From contig CAMTVK010000007.1 in assembly GCA_947085185.1 (NCBI GenBank), positions 1 through 64,000 on the forward strand: a DNA stretch of 64,000 bases, read 5' to 3'. Position numbers and translations under genes: made by a program. Positions 19,416 to 29,278 of the stretch are shown in pieces. Origin of the DNA: Candidatus Fraserbacteria bacterium. Its GTDB lineage: Bacteria > Bipolaricaulota > Bipolaricaulia > RBG-16-55-9 > DRXL01. Below the pieces are notes generated by a model. The model worked only from the letters and a program-made list of their open reading frames with translations, was not told the origin of the DNA and searched no databases. Position 1 is the stretch's first letter, and each line of letters begins with the position of its first letter.

Positions 19416-19771
19416 TTCTCTAAGATCGCGCGCACGCGCTCCACCAAATAGCCTGGATCGAAGGGCTTAACAATATAATCCGTCGCCTCGGCCCCACGCT
19501 GCAGATCGCGCTCGGAGGCCCGCGCCGTCAACATCACAATGGGCCGATCACGATACTGCGCATCGGCACGCAGCTCCGCAAGCACAGCAAACCCATCCCG
19601 CCCCGGCATCATCACGTCGAGCAAGATCAGATCAAAGTGCTCCTGACGCGCGCGCTGCAGCGCCTGCTCCCCATCTTCAACCCACTCGACGGAAAAACCC
19701 TCGCGCTCCAACTTAAACTTTATGAGCTGGGCAATATGTCCGTCGTCTTCGGCAAGCAAAATGCGTGTCAT
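19412..19771 (-). CDS. Single-domain response regulator
   Basis: AEDD, LLDVMMP, MLTA and KPF motifs. Confidence 0.92.
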   Translation of the reverse strand: MTRILLAEDDGHIAQLIKFKLEREGFSVEWVEDGEQALQRARQEHFDLILLDVMMPGRDGFAVLAELRADAQYRDRPIVMLTARASERDLQRGAEATDYIVKPFDPGYLVERVRAILEK

Positions 19772-22700
19772 CGCAGGGTGCGCAAGATCTCTTGCACGAG
19801 CGTATGCGGGGAGAGCTTCTTGCTCAAGAACTTCTTCGCCCCCAGAACCTGCGCGGCGTGCGCGACCTCTTCAGGGTGCGCCGAGCCGCTGATGAGGATG
19901 ACCGGCACGCGGCTGAGCGATCTGGTGTTGCGCATCTGTTGGAGGACGTCGAGCCCTGAGCGCTTGGGCAGATTTTTATCTAAGATCACGAGCTGATAGG
20001 GCGTGCTGCGGATCTTGGCGAGGGCTTCGTCGCCGTCGCTGGCGATCTCCGCAGCAAAGCCCTCGCGCTGGAGAAGTCTTTGCAAGAGCTGGGCGTAGTC
20101 ATGATCGTCGTCCACGACCAAGACGGGCTGGCCTTGGGGCTCCAGCAGCGCCCGCACCGTCTCGTAGAACTTGCGCTCGTCTATGGGTTTTGTGAGAAAC
20201 GCCGAGGCTCCTAAGCGCAGCCCTTGCTGCCGATCTTGCACGATCGAGAGAAAGATCACGGGGATATGGGCCGTCTCCGGGTGCCGCTTGAGCTGTTGAA
20301 TGAGCGCGAACCCGTCCAGATCGGGCATGAGCACGTCCAGCGTGATTAAGTCGGGCTTGAGGCGCACGGCGTGATCGAAGCCCTCGCGGGCAGAATAAGC
20401 CATAACCGCGCGATAGCCCATCTTCTCGATATACGTCGCGATCAGTCGAGCGATCGCGACTTCATCTTCAATGACGAGCACCAAGGGGCGCTCAGGGCGA
20501 GCCAGAGCCGGCAAGCGCACCGTGAACGTGCTGCCCTGCCCAAGCTGACTTGTCACAGTAATTGTGCCGTTATGGCGCTCTACGATGGTTTTAGCGATCG
20601 CCAGCCCCAATCCCGTGCCCCCGACCTTGCGCACGTAGGAGTTGTCTGCTCGAAAGAACTTCTGAAAAAGCTTGTGCAGATCGCTCTCGGCGATCCCGAT
20701 CCCCGTGTCGCGCACCGCGACGACAACTGTGCCGTTCTGCTGAGAAGCTTGCAGTTCGACCGTGCCCGCGGGGGTGTATTTGATCGCATTGCTCAAGAGA
20801 TTAAGAAAGACTTGAGCGAGGTGCTCGCGATCCCCGCGCACCTTCAGCCCCGACGCGATCTCCGTGAGAAATTCTAAGCCCTTCTGCTCCGCGCTTATCT
20901 GCAGAGATCGCGCGACGCTGTGCAAGACCTCTGCTAAGTCTAACTCCGTGAACTCAAACTCGATCCTGCCCGACTCCAGACGCTCGATCTCTAGAAGATC
21001 GTTAATGAGCTCTGTCAGTCGAGTGGTGTTCTGGGAGACGATCGTGAGAAATTCTCTCTGTTGTGGGGTGAGGGGGCCGACGTCGCCGGCTAAGACTAAG
21101 TCCACATAGCCCTTGATGGACGTGAGTGGGGTGCGCAGCTCGTGCGAGACGGTGCTGATGAACTCCGACTTGAGTCTTTCTACTTCTTTGCGTTCGGTCA
21201 CGTCGCGCCCGATCCCCTGAATCCCGACGATCTTGCCGTCCTCCCAGATGGGGCGTGTGCTCAGCTCCAGCACGACCTGGCGGCCGTCTTTGCGCGTGAT
21301 CGTCAGTTCGGTCTTATCGGGCTGTCCGCGCATATTTTTGAGAAACGCGCGGCGCGCCTTCTTGCGCTCCGGGCCGGCAGGCACAAAGAGCGTATAGAGC
21401 TGCCCAACAGCCTCTTCGGACGTATACCCGGTGATCTCCTCCGCTTTACGGTTGAGCGAGAGAATACGTCCTGTCCTGTCGAGAATATAGATCCCGTCGT
21501 TGGCGTTCTCGAAGAGATCGCGATAGCGCTCTTCTGAAGCGCGCAATTGCTCTTCCATCTCTCGTTGTTTCGTGATGTCTACCAAGCTCCCATCGTAATA
21601 GAGAATTTTGCCCTGGGGATCACGAATGGCACGCGCCCGGTCCACCACCCAGATGGGGGTGCCGTCGTAGCGCTTGAGCTGAACGACGAAATCTGTGACG
21701 ATGCCCTTGGCGTCCATCTCATCCTGCCAGCGGCGACGCTCCGTGGGGTCAAAAAAGAGCGCCTGGGCGGGGGTCGCCAAGAGCTCTTCACGGCTGGGAT
21801 AGCCGAGTATCTGTACTAAAGCGTCGTTAGCATCAAGAATCTGCCCTTGCGGAGTCGAGCGATAGAGTCCGACGGGCACAGAATCGAAGAGCAAGCGGTA
21901 GCGCATCTCGCTGGCGTGCAGCAGCTCAGCAGAGCGCCAGCGCTCTATGGCGAGCGCAGCCAGATGCGAGGCTTGGTCTATCAATCCCAATTCATACGCG
22001 TGAGGCGCGCGCGGCTCGCGATAGTACATGGCGAACGTCCCCAAGACTTCGCCTTGCTGCCCTAAGATGGGCACAGACCAACACGCCCGCAACCCATATT
22101 TTTGAGCGATGTCGCGAAAGTCCGCCCACAGGGGATCAGAGAGAGTATCGCTGACGATGACGGGCTTTTTCAGATACGCTGCGGTGCCGCAAGACCCAAC
22201 CGCCGGCCCGATCTTCACCCCGTCTACAATCTGATTGTAGTCTTGGGGGAGGCTGGGGGCCGCGCCGTGACGCAGCCTGTCGCCTTCTAGGAGCAAGATC
22301 GAGCAGAGGACACCGGGGGCTATCTCTTCGATAGAGCGACAGATCGTCTCGAGGACTTCGGAGATCGGGGCGTTCTTCATCAGCAGCTCGAGCACTCTAT
22401 TGTGGGTTGCCAGGATCAATTCATGGCGCTTGCGCTCGGTGATGTCGCGGCTGACCCCAAGGACTTCTTTGACTTGGGAGCCCTCTTTAATAAAAGCGAG
22501 GTTGACGTGGAGCCAGCCGGGGGAGCCATCGGGTCGCCGGAAGGGCGCCTCCAGCGGAGGCGGAGGTTCACCGCGCAAGACTGCCTGGCGGATCATCCAT
22601 GAGATGCGCTTGCGCTCTGGATGAGGGAGTGCCAGCAAATCCGCCGAGCGCTTCCCGACGATATCTTCAAGCCGGACGCCGTGAATCTCTAAAAATTTTG

Positions 22701-23052
22701 AGTTAACAAACTTGATGCGTCCATCAAGGTCGCGCACGTAGATGCCGTCGTTGGCAGCATCAAAGAGCACTTCGAAGCGCTGGCGCTCGCGCTCCGTCTT
22801 CTCTAATAAAGAGCCGATAGCGACAAAGAGCGGGATAAGCAAGAAGATCCCGATATACAGCCAAGGCTCACGAGAGATTTCTCTGGCCAGCTCAGCACTG
22901 AAATCTTGAGGATATTTGAGATAATCAAAGATCAAATGGACGAGATTGAAAACGAGCCCAAGACTGCCGATGATGAAGCTGCGACGGCGTCTCCAGAACT
23001 CCTGTACACGTGTCATAAGTGTGAGTCTCTTCAAATATACCCCAAAGAGCAT
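19768..23052 (-). CDS. Hybrid histidine kinase: TM-PAS-GAF-PAS-PAS-HisKA-HATPase-REC-REC
   Basis: DITE/DITK/DVTE PAS ends, GAF (GSCGTAA), SHELRTPL, N/G boxes and two receiver domains. The start could be 23016. Confidence 0.92.
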   Translation of the reverse strand: MLFGVYLKRLTLMTRVQEFWRRRRSFIIGSLGLVFNLVHLIFDYLKYPQDFSAELAREISREPWLYIGIFLLIPLFVAIGSLLEKTERERQRFEVLFDAANDGIYVRDLDGRIKFVNSKFLEIHGVRLEDIVGKRSADLLALPHPERKRISWMIRQAVLRGEPPPPLEAPFRRPDGSPGWLHVNLAFIKEGSQVKEVLGVSRDITERKRHELILATHNRVLELLMKNAPISEVLETICRSIEEIAPGVLCSILLLEGDRLRHGAAPSLPQDYNQIVDGVKIGPAVGSCGTAAYLKKPVIVSDTLSDPLWADFRDIAQKYGLRACWSVPILGQQGEVLGTFAMYYREPRAPHAYELGLIDQASHLAALAIERWRSAELLHASEMRYRLLFDSVPVGLYRSTPQGQILDANDALVQILGYPSREELLATPAQALFFDPTERRRWQDEMDAKGIVTDFVVQLKRYDGTPIWVVDRARAIRDPQGKILYYDGSLVDITKQREMEEQLRASEERYRDLFENANDGIYILDRTGRILSLNRKAEEITGYTSEEAVGQLYTLFVPAGPERKKARRAFLKNMRGQPDKTELTITRKDGRQVVLELSTRPIWEDGKIVGIQGIGRDVTERKEVERLKSEFISTVSHELRTPLTSIKGYVDLVLAGDVGPLTPQQREFLTIVSQNTTRLTELINDLLEIERLESGRIEFEFTELDLAEVLHSVARSLQISAEQKGLEFLTEIASGLKVRGDREHLAQVFLNLLSNAIKYTPAGTVELQASQQNGTVVVAVRDTGIGIAESDLHKLFQKFFRADNSYVRKVGGTGLGLAIAKTIVERHNGTITVTSQLGQGSTFTVRLPALARPERPLVLVIEDEVAIARLIATYIEKMGYRAVMAYSAREGFDHAVRLKPDLITLDVLMPDLDGFALIQQLKRHPETAHIPVIFLSIVQDRQQGLRLGASAFLTKPIDERKFYETVRALLEPQGQPVLVVDDDHDYAQLLQRLLQREGFAAEIASDGDEALAKIRSTPYQLVILDKNLPKRSGLDVLQQMRNTRSLSRVPVILISGSAHPEEVAHAAQVLGAKKFLSKKLSPHTLVQEILRTLR

Positions 23053-23109
23053 GTTTCTATCAAGAGCCGGCGTCCGGGCTGAGGGTGTCGGAGTTCTCAG
23101 CCGACAGAG

Positions 23110-23144
23110 AAAAAAGCGCGGACGGGAGCCATTCCCGTCCGCGC
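23110..23144 (-). terminator. Intrinsic terminator after the pilin-like gene
   Basis: 12 bp stem gcgcggacggga/tcccgtccgcgc followed by T6 on the minus strand. Confidence 0.85.
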
Positions 23145-23167
23145 CTGCGTATTCTCTATGACGTCTC

Positions 23168-23710
23168 TTACTTCTTCGTCGCGGTGTAGGTGAACGTCAC
23201 GCTGTAGGCCGTGTTGGCGCTGAGGGCTCCCAGGGTGTTTGGCTCTCCCAGAGCACCGCCCCGCAGGGCATAGCAGATCTGGAAGACCTCATTGCCCTTG
23301 CCCTCGACCTGGCCGGAGTTCGTGCCGAAGTCCACAAGCACCGTGCCGCCGGGCAGGTTCTGTGTAGGGCCATTTCGGCAATTGGGCGAATCGGAGACAC
23401 GGATGACCGGGCGCGGATCGGGCGACCCAGTAAAGGCCGACTTCACCGTCTTGAGCACCCACTCCCCGTTGCTCTTCACTTGGAGGTGAGCCTTGGGATT
23501 ACACAGATAGTTTGGAATGGGGTTGTCAATCTGGCCGAAGTCGCAGTCCAAGCTGGTGCCGCCGATGACGTTCAGCTCGATATAGTTGCCCATATTCCAT
23601 GTGGCCGTGCCGCTCACCTGTGCCTGCCCCGAGATGAGGCTCAGCACTCCCGTCAACGTCACGATCCCTAGTGTTAGTCCGATTCTCTTGATGTTCTTCA
23701 TGCGCATCAT
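23168..23710 (-). CDS. Secreted beta-rich pilin/fimbrial-subunit-like protein
   Basis: Signal peptide ending near AQ, DFG motifs, VKSN, four Cys and C-terminal YSVTFTYTAT; AAGGAG SD and a strong terminator. Confidence 0.7.
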   Translation of the reverse strand: MMRMKNIKRIGLTLGIVTLTGVLSLISGQAQVSGTATWNMGNYIELNVIGGTSLDCDFGQIDNPIPNYLCNPKAHLQVKSNGEWVLKTVKSAFTGSPDPRPVIRVSDSPNCRNGPTQNLPGGTVLVDFGTNSGQVEGKGNEVFQICYALRGGALGEPNTLGALSANTAYSVTFTYTATKK

Positions 23711-23818
23711 GCTCCTTTGTGAGTGTTGTCGCCCATATTGTAAGAAAGAGTCTATCCCAAAACGATAGCAGCAAGAAGAAAAAAACCTTCCAGAAAGATG
23801 GAAATTTTATGGAAGATA

Positions 23819-23889
23819 GAATCACGGAGCCCACGGAAAGGCTCTCAGCTCTGTGCCTTCCGTGGATTATTCAGTGCTTTCCGTGATTC
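23819..23889. repeat. Intergenic palindromic repeat (GAATCACGGAG...TGATTC family), copy 2
   Basis: Outer arms gaatcacgga/tccgtgattc and inner ccacggaa/ttccgtgg. Confidence 0.65.
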
Positions 23890-23899
23890 AAAGGCTCAG

Positions 23900-24571
23900 C
23901 TAGGTCGCTAATTTATACCCGAACCCCCGAACTGTCAGAATATATTTGGGGGTGTCGGGGTCGTCTTCGAGCTTCTCCCGCAACAGATAGATATATTTGG
24001 TCACATCGCTCGAGGTGATGAGGGGCTTATTCTGCCAGACCGCCGCGATGATCTCTTGGTGGGAGAAGACGCGTCCCGGCTCCGACGCTAAGAGCTTCAA
24101 CAGCTCATACTCTTTGGGCGAGAGGGAGACTGTGCGGCCCTTAAGCTTGGCCTGCTTGGTCTTATCGTCAATCTCAAGCTCGCCTACCTTGATGGCCCTG
24201 GGGTGCGCCAGGGCCTGATAGCGCCTCATGACCGCAGTGATGCGCGCTTCTAATTCCCCAAGATCGAAGGGCTTGGGTATATAATCGTCGGCTCCGGAGA
24301 GCAGCCCTTTGACTTTATCGGTTGGCGTGTCCTTGCCGGTGAGCATGAGCACGGGCACTTGAGAAGATTCGCGAATCTTCTTGAGCACGGCCCAGCCGTC
24401 CATCCCCGGCAGCATCACGTCTAAGATCACTAAATCGGGCTGGTCTTTTCGGAAGAGCTCGAGCGCTTGCGCCCCATCAGCAGCCGTTTGCACGCAGCGA
24501 CCTTTGGCCTCGAGGAAGTGCTTGAGCAGGCCCGCAATGTCGGGGTCGTCGTCCACCACAAGGATCTTCAT
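23900..24571 (-). CDS. OmpR/PhoB family response regulator
   Basis: Receiver domain plus winged helix ending TVRGFGY. Confidence 0.94.
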   Translation of the reverse strand: MKILVVDDDPDIAGLLKHFLEAKGRCVQTAADGAQALELFRKDQPDLVILDVMLPGMDGWAVLKKIRESSQVPVLMLTGKDTPTDKVKGLLSGADDYIPKPFDLGELEARITAVMRRYQALAHPRAIKVGELEIDDKTKQAKLKGRTVSLSPKEYELLKLLASEPGRVFSHQEIIAAVWQNKPLITSSDVTKYIYLLREKLEDDPDTPKYILTVRGFGYKLAT

Positions 24572-24707
24572 AGGGAACCCATCCGATACAGCTCTTATTG
24601 TAGCATAGATCGCACACAGCTACCAAGCACCCCTGTCCTCCTGGGCCTTCCCACGTGCTCCCTCTCTTGGTAGAATAGTCTCATCACTGTGAGGGGGTAG
24701 AGAGCAC

Positions 24708-25484
24708 ATGGACTTAGGACTTTCTGGGAAGGTCGCGATGGTCGCAGCGGCGAGCAAGGGCTTGGGCAAGGCCATCGCCAAGCGATTCGCCTCTGAGGGC
24801 ATGAACGTAGCGATCTGCGCCCGCGATGAGCGCACCCTGCACACCACTGCACAAGAGATCGCGCAACACACCGGCGCTGCAGTCCTTCCCGTCCGCGCCG
24901 ACGTCACCCACTCTGACGACATTCGGCGCTTTGTCGCCCAGACGGTCGAGCGATTTGGCAGTCTCGATGTGCTCGTGACCAACGCAGGCGGCCCGCCGCC
25001 TGGGAATTTCTTCGCTCTTGAAGACTCCCACTGGGAAGACGCGTTCTATCTTACGCTCATGAGCGTCGTCCGTCTCTGTCGCGAAGCGATCCCACATATG
25101 CAAAAACGCGGGGGCGGACGCATCATCAATATCGCGTCTGTGTCAGTAAAACAGCCCATCGAGAATTTAATCCTCTCCAACTCGCTGCGCCTGGCGGTCG
25201 TGGGCTTGGCCAAGAGCTTAGCGAACGAGCTGGCCCCCATGAAGATTACAGTCAACACCGTCTGTCCTGGCCCGACCCAGACCGAGCGCATGGAGCAGCT
25301 CTTGCGCGCCATGGGCAACGTCGAAGAAGCACGACGCTTCTGGACCAAAGATATCCCCATGGGCCGGATGGGCCAGCCCGAAGAGCTCGCCGACCTTGTC
25401 GCGTTCTTAGCTTCAGAGAACGCCCGCTACATCACCGGGACGGTCATCCAAGTTGACGGCGGGCTGGTGAAGAGCATCTTCTGA
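24708..25484 (+). CDS. Short-chain dehydrogenase/reductase
   Basis: AASKGLG, TNAGGPP, SNSLR (atypical catalytic site) and VDGG. Confidence 0.9.
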   Translation: MDLGLSGKVAMVAAASKGLGKAIAKRFASEGMNVAICARDERTLHTTAQEIAQHTGAAVLPVRADVTHSDDIRRFVAQTVERFGSLDVLVTNAGGPPPGNFFALEDSHWEDAFYLTLMSVVRLCREAIPHMQKRGGGRIINIASVSVKQPIENLILSNSLRLAVVGLAKSLANELAPMKITVNTVCPGPTQTERMEQLLRAMGNVEEARRFWTKDIPMGRMGQPEELADLVAFLASENARYITGTVIQVDGGLVKSIF

Positions 25485-25493
25485 AGCCTTGAC

Positions 25494-25522
25494 TTGCACA
25501 AAATGCACTCAAATACTACAAT
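25494..25522 (+). promoter_or_regulatory. Promoter of the vapBC-like operon
   Basis: TTGCAC, 17 bp spacer, TACAAT; ATG follows after 9 nt. Confidence 0.6.
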
Positions 25523-25531
25523 GCTTATGCT

Positions 25532-25783
25532 ATGAGAACCACGATTGAACTGAAGGAAGAACATCGAGCTTTGCTTCATGCCTTGGCGGCACGCCGCGGC
25601 TGGCGGGGCTTCTCACGCGTTGTGCAAGAGGCCATTGACTTTTATCTTCAGCACCACGCCGATGCGGAGAAGGCTCGCCGCGCTATACTGGACCGCAAGG
25701 GTCGGTGGTCCGCCAACGAGGTTGAACGCATGAGGGCCGCTCTCGCCGAGCTCCGGCAGCAATGGAGAACCGCGTCGTCGTAG
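25532..25783 (+). CDS. vapB: Antitoxin, RHH/VapB-like
   Basis: MRTTIEL RHH strand; 83 aa; overlaps the PIN toxin gene. Confidence 0.75.
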   Translation: MRTTIELKEEHRALLHALAARRGWRGFSRVVQEAIDFYLQHHADAEKARRAILDRKGRWSANEVERMRAALAELRQQWRTASS

Positions 25784-26172
25784 ACACAGATCTTCTCATT
25801 GACTACTTTGCCGGGGTTTCCCCTGGGACAGAGGCCATCGCGCAGCTCCTGCGGGAAGATCGACTGGCGGTCACTACCTTGTCCCTCTTTGAGCTGGCCT
25901 GTGGTGCCCAGACCCCAGATCAGATACGCGATCTGGAACTTCTCCTGCAAGCCGTCTCTCTGATCCCCTTGGACGCTGCAGCAGCACTGAGGGCTGGGGC
26001 CGTCTACCGCCAACTGAAGGCCAAGGGACAGCTTATCGAGATCCCCGATCTCTTGATCGCTGGGTGCTGCCTTGCAGCAGAAATGCCCCTACTGACCCGT
26101 AATAGAGCTCACTTTCAACGAATCGAGGGGTTAGCGCTGCCGACGGCCTCTGATATCCTTAAGGAGAACTAA
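25762..26172 (+). CDS. vapC: PIN-domain toxin
   Basis: VDTD, FEL, DLLIA and TRN..HF PIN motifs. Confidence 0.9.
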   Translation: MENRVVVDTDLLIDYFAGVSPGTEAIAQLLREDRLAVTTLSLFELACGAQTPDQIRDLELLLQAVSLIPLDAAAALRAGAVYRQLKAKGQLIEIPDLLIAGCCLAAEMPLLTRNRAHFQRIEGLALPTASDILKEN

Positions 26173-26194
26173 GTCACTCATCCACGGGAAAAAC

Positions 26195-26223
26195 TTGACA
26201 AAATTAGTCCGATTTTTTATACT
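26195..26223 (+). promoter_or_regulatory. Near-consensus sigma70 promoter
   Basis: TTGACA, 17 bp spacer, TATACT. Confidence 0.85.
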
Positions 26224-26254
26224 TGCTCTGTGCCCTGTGACAGGAGGCGATCTT

Positions 26255-27115
26255 ATGGGCTACGCACGTCCCGATGTCTTAGTAGAACCAAGCTGGGTCG
26301 CCGAGCATCTCCATGACCCTTCGGTGCGCCTTGTCGAATCGGACGAAGATGTGCTGCTCTACGAGCAAGGGCACATCCCCGGCGCCGTCAAGATCGATTG
26401 GTTCACGGAGTTACAACACCCCCTCAAGCGCGATTTTCTCACCACAGAAGAGTTTGAGAGACTGATGAGCGAGAAGGGCATCGCGAACGAGACTACCGTG
26501 GTCTTCTACGGGGACAAACACAATTGGTACGCGGCGTACACGTTCTGGCTCTTCCGGTATTTTGGCCATGACGACACTAAACTTAAGATTCTCAACGGCG
26601 GGCGCAAGAGATGGCTCGACGAGCAGCGTCCGCTCTCTCGAGAGATCCCCAGCTATCCCAAGACCGCCTATCGCGCCAAGGAGCCCGATCTCTCCATCCG
26701 CGCGTTCCGCGACGAAGTCCTAGAGAGCTTAGGCCGCACCGATCGCATCTTAATTGACGTGCGCACCCCCAAAGAGTACACAGGGGAGCTTCTTCACATG
26801 CCCGAATACCCCCAAGAGGGCGCGCAGCGCGGCGGCCACATCCCCGGCGCATTGAATATCCCTTGGGCCCAGGCCGTCAACCCCCACGACAGCACCTTCA
26901 AGCCCGCAGAAGAACTGAAAAAGCTCTACGAAAGCTACAGGATCACCCCCGACAGAGACGTCATCGCCTACTGTCGCATCGGGGAGCGCAGCGCCCACAC
27001 CTGGTTCGTGCTCACGTATCTGTTGGGGTATCCCAAAGTCAAAAATTACGATGGCTCCTGGACGGAGTGGGGCAACTTAGTAAACGTGCCGATCAAGAAG
27101 GGGCCAGAGCCCTAA
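26255..27115 (+). CDS. Double-domain rhodanese / thiosulfate sulfurtransferase (SseA/CysA type)
   Basis: Two GHIPGA motifs, active loop YCRIGERS and [16 protein letters not shown] before ATG 26255. Confidence 0.93.
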   Translation: MGYARPDVLVEPSWVAEHLHDPSVRLVESDEDVLLYEQGHIPGAVKIDWFTELQHPLKRDFLTTEEFERLMSEKGIANETTVVFYGDKHNWYAAYTFWLFRYFGHDDTKLKILNGGRKRWLDEQRPLSREIPSYPKTAYRAKEPDLSIRAFRDEVLESLGRTDRILIDVRTPKEYTGELLHMPEYPQEGAQRGGHIPGALNIPWAQAVNPHDSTFKPAEELKKLYESYRITPDRDVIAYCRIGERSAHTWFVLTYLLGYPKVKNYDGSWTEWGNLVNVPIKKGPEP

Positions 27116-27122
27116 AAGGAGA

Positions 27123-27521
27123 ATGGACCGCCAAGCGCAGATCGAGTTCTTGCTCGATCACTATGAGCACCCTCGCAATCGCGGTGCGCTCCAAGACCCC
27201 GATGTCCAGATGAGCTGGGGCAACCCAGGCTGCGGCGACGTCGTCACGCTCTATCTCAAGATAGACAAGACCAACCGTATCACCGAGATCTCTTTTGAGG
27301 GTGAGGGCTGCACCATCAGCCAAGCTGCGGCTTCGATTCTCACCGAAAATCTGAAGGGCAAAACCCTCTCCGAGGCGGAGGCGCTGAGCCCCCATGACGT
27401 GATGGAGCTTCTGGGGCGCGAAGTAGTCCTAACGCGCCCCCGCTGCGCTATGCTCGCCCTCGATACCCTGAAACTCGCCCTCAAAGAGCACCGGCGCCAT
27501 TTGCCAAAAACATCGAGCTGA
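27123..27521 (+). CDS. sufU: SufU/IscU-like scaffold or sulfur acceptor
   Basis: DHY.HPRN, NPGCGD, GCTISQA and R.RCA; no LPPVK motif. Confidence 0.85.
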   Translation: MDRQAQIEFLLDHYEHPRNRGALQDPDVQMSWGNPGCGDVVTLYLKIDKTNRITEISFEGEGCTISQAAASILTENLKGKTLSEAEALSPHDVMELLGREVVLTRPRCAMLALDTLKLALKEHRRHLPKTSS

Positions 27522-27550
27522 GCTATAGTACAAGTCGGGAGGTGGAAGGC

Positions 27551-28081
27551 ATGATGCACGCCAAAACGCTCGCCGACTTGCTGACAGCGTTGCGGTTCTT
27601 CTGCGCTCTCTATCTGATCTGGCTGGGATTACAGCCCAACAGCGTCGAGGCCGCGATGCTCACCCTATGGATCGCCTGGGTGACGGATTTGATCGATGGG
27701 GCGATAGCGCGTCGCGATCCGCGTCAGATCCATACGTTCATGAGCGATCATGATCTCACGGCCGATATGACGCTGGCGTTTGGGTGCTGGAGCTATCTGG
27801 CGTTGGCGGGGTTTATCTCGCCGGGGGTCGCGCTGGGGTATATCGCGCTGGTGGCACTGGCGCTCTGGTACTTTCGTGCGGTGCACCTGCGCTGGGCCGT
27901 CCAAGTCCCCCCATACTTTGGGATGCTGTTAGTCGCCGTGACGATGGTGCCGCAGTATGGGGCATTGCTGATCGGGTGGCTGCTCTTTGTCGTCGTGGTC
28001 ATCTGGCCGAGGTTCTCTAAGAAAGTTGTTCCGGAGTTCCTCACGGGGATGCGCAATCTCTGGCGTACGCGGCGTTATTAA
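27551..28081 (+). CDS. CDP-alcohol phosphatidyltransferase family protein
   Basis: LT.LR and DLIDGAIARR...D..AD signature; multiple TM. Confidence 0.75.
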   Translation: MMHAKTLADLLTALRFFCALYLIWLGLQPNSVEAAMLTLWIAWVTDLIDGAIARRDPRQIHTFMSDHDLTADMTLAFGCWSYLALAGFISPGVALGYIALVALALWYFRAVHLRWAVQVPPYFGMLLVAVTMVPQYGALLIGWLLFVVVVIWPRFSKKVVPEFLTGMRNLWRTRRY

Positions 28082-28084
28082 GAT

Positions 28085-29278
28085 ATGGGCGCTCTTGCGG
28101 GAAAGCGGATCGTCGCGGGCATCTGTGGTGGGATCGCTGCGTATAAAGCTGCCCATATCGTCAGTAAGCTTGCTCAGGCCGGCGCGAACGTGCGCGTGAT
28201 CATGACCAGGGCAGCGTGTCAGTTCGTTGCACCCATGACGTTTGAGGCACTCTCCCATCGAAAGGTGCTCACAGATCTCTGGGAGGAGCCGTTAGCGCAC
28301 ATCGAGCTGGCCTATAGCGCCGATCTCTTTGTGATAATGCCCGCGACGTATGATATCGTGGGGAAGCTCGCGCATGGGATCGCCGATGATCTCTTGACGA
28401 CGACGCTCGCTGCGACGCGTGCGCCCGTCTTGGTGATCCCCGCCATGGAATCCCAGATGTACACAAATCCCATCTTTCACGAGAACAAAAAGAGACTGTC
28501 TGAGCTGGGGTATCGCTTTCTTGAGCCGGAGACGGGGCATTTGGCCAGCGGGCGGGAGGGGATCGGGCGTTTCCCTGCTGAAGAGAAAGTGCTCGAGGCC
28601 ATAGAGAAGATCCTCGCTGAGGGCGCGCTCTTGCAAGGCCATCGGGTGCTGGTGACGGCGGGACCCACCCGCGAGATGCTCGATCCCATGCGCTGCATCA
28701 CCAACAAGAGCTCGGGGAAGATGGGCTATGCCCTCGCGGAGCAAGCGCGCAACCTTGGAGCCGACGCGGTCTGTCTCATCAGCGGGCCGACGCAGCTGGC
28801 TCCCCCACCGGGCGTAGAGTGTCTCAGGGTCGAGAGCGCCGCAGAGATGAAAGAAGCTGTGCTCACACGATCTTCGCAGGCTGATCTCATTCTCATGGCC
28901 GCGGCCGTCGCCGACTGGCGGCCTAAGAGAGCTCTCTCCCAGAAGCTCCAAAAGTCCGGCGCACGCGCGCTCACTATCGTTTTAGAGAAGACCCCTGATA
29001 TCTTAGCAGAGCTGGGCAGGCGCAAGAGAAAAGATCAAATCTTAGTGGGCTTCGCCGCAGAGACAGAAAAACTCTTAGAGCACGCGCGCGCAAAGCTCAG
29101 GGAGAAGAATCTCGATCTCGTGGTCGCCAATGACATTACCATGGCTGGGGCTGGACCGGAAGTTGAGACAAATATCGTGACGCTGCTCTATCGCGACGGG
29201 CGCAGCGAGACGCTGCCGTGCATGTCCAAACAAGAGCTAGCTCGCCAAATCTTGCACCGGGTAGCCCAGCTCTTTTAA
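28085..29278 (+). CDS. coaBC: Bifunctional phosphopantothenoylcysteine decarboxylase/ligase
   Basis: GGIAAYK, TAGPTRE, SSGKMG, AAVAD, GFAAET and VAND motifs. Confidence 0.94.
   Translation: MGALAGKRIVAGICGGIAAYKAAHIVSKLAQAGANVRVIMTRAACQFVAPMTFEALSHRKVLTDLWEEPLAHIELAYSADLFVIMPATYDIVGKLAHGIADDLLTTTLAATRAPVLVIPAMESQMYTNPIFHENKKRLSELGYRFLEPETGHLASGREGIGRFPAEEKVLEAIEKILAEGALLQGHRVLVTAGPTREMLDPMRCITNKSSGKMGYALAEQARNLGADAVCLISGPTQLAPPPGVECLRVESAAEMKEAVLTRSSQADLILMAAAVADWRPKRALSQKLQKSGARALTIVLEKTPDILAELGRRKRKDQILVGFAAETEKLLEHARAKLREKNLDLVVANDITMAGAGPEVETNIVTLLYRDGRSETLPCMSKQELARQILHRVAQLF

Noticed and set aside
23060..23106. Alternative hairpins upstream of the hybrid kinase as a riboswitch
   Set aside because: Only short stems (ggctgag/ctcagcc, tgtcgg/ccgaca) and no aptamer consensus I can recognise.
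25532..26172. vapBC (and Uma2 at 35657-36265) as markers of a defence island or mobile element
   Set aside because: Isolated among housekeeping genes with no integrase, transposase or flanking repeats.
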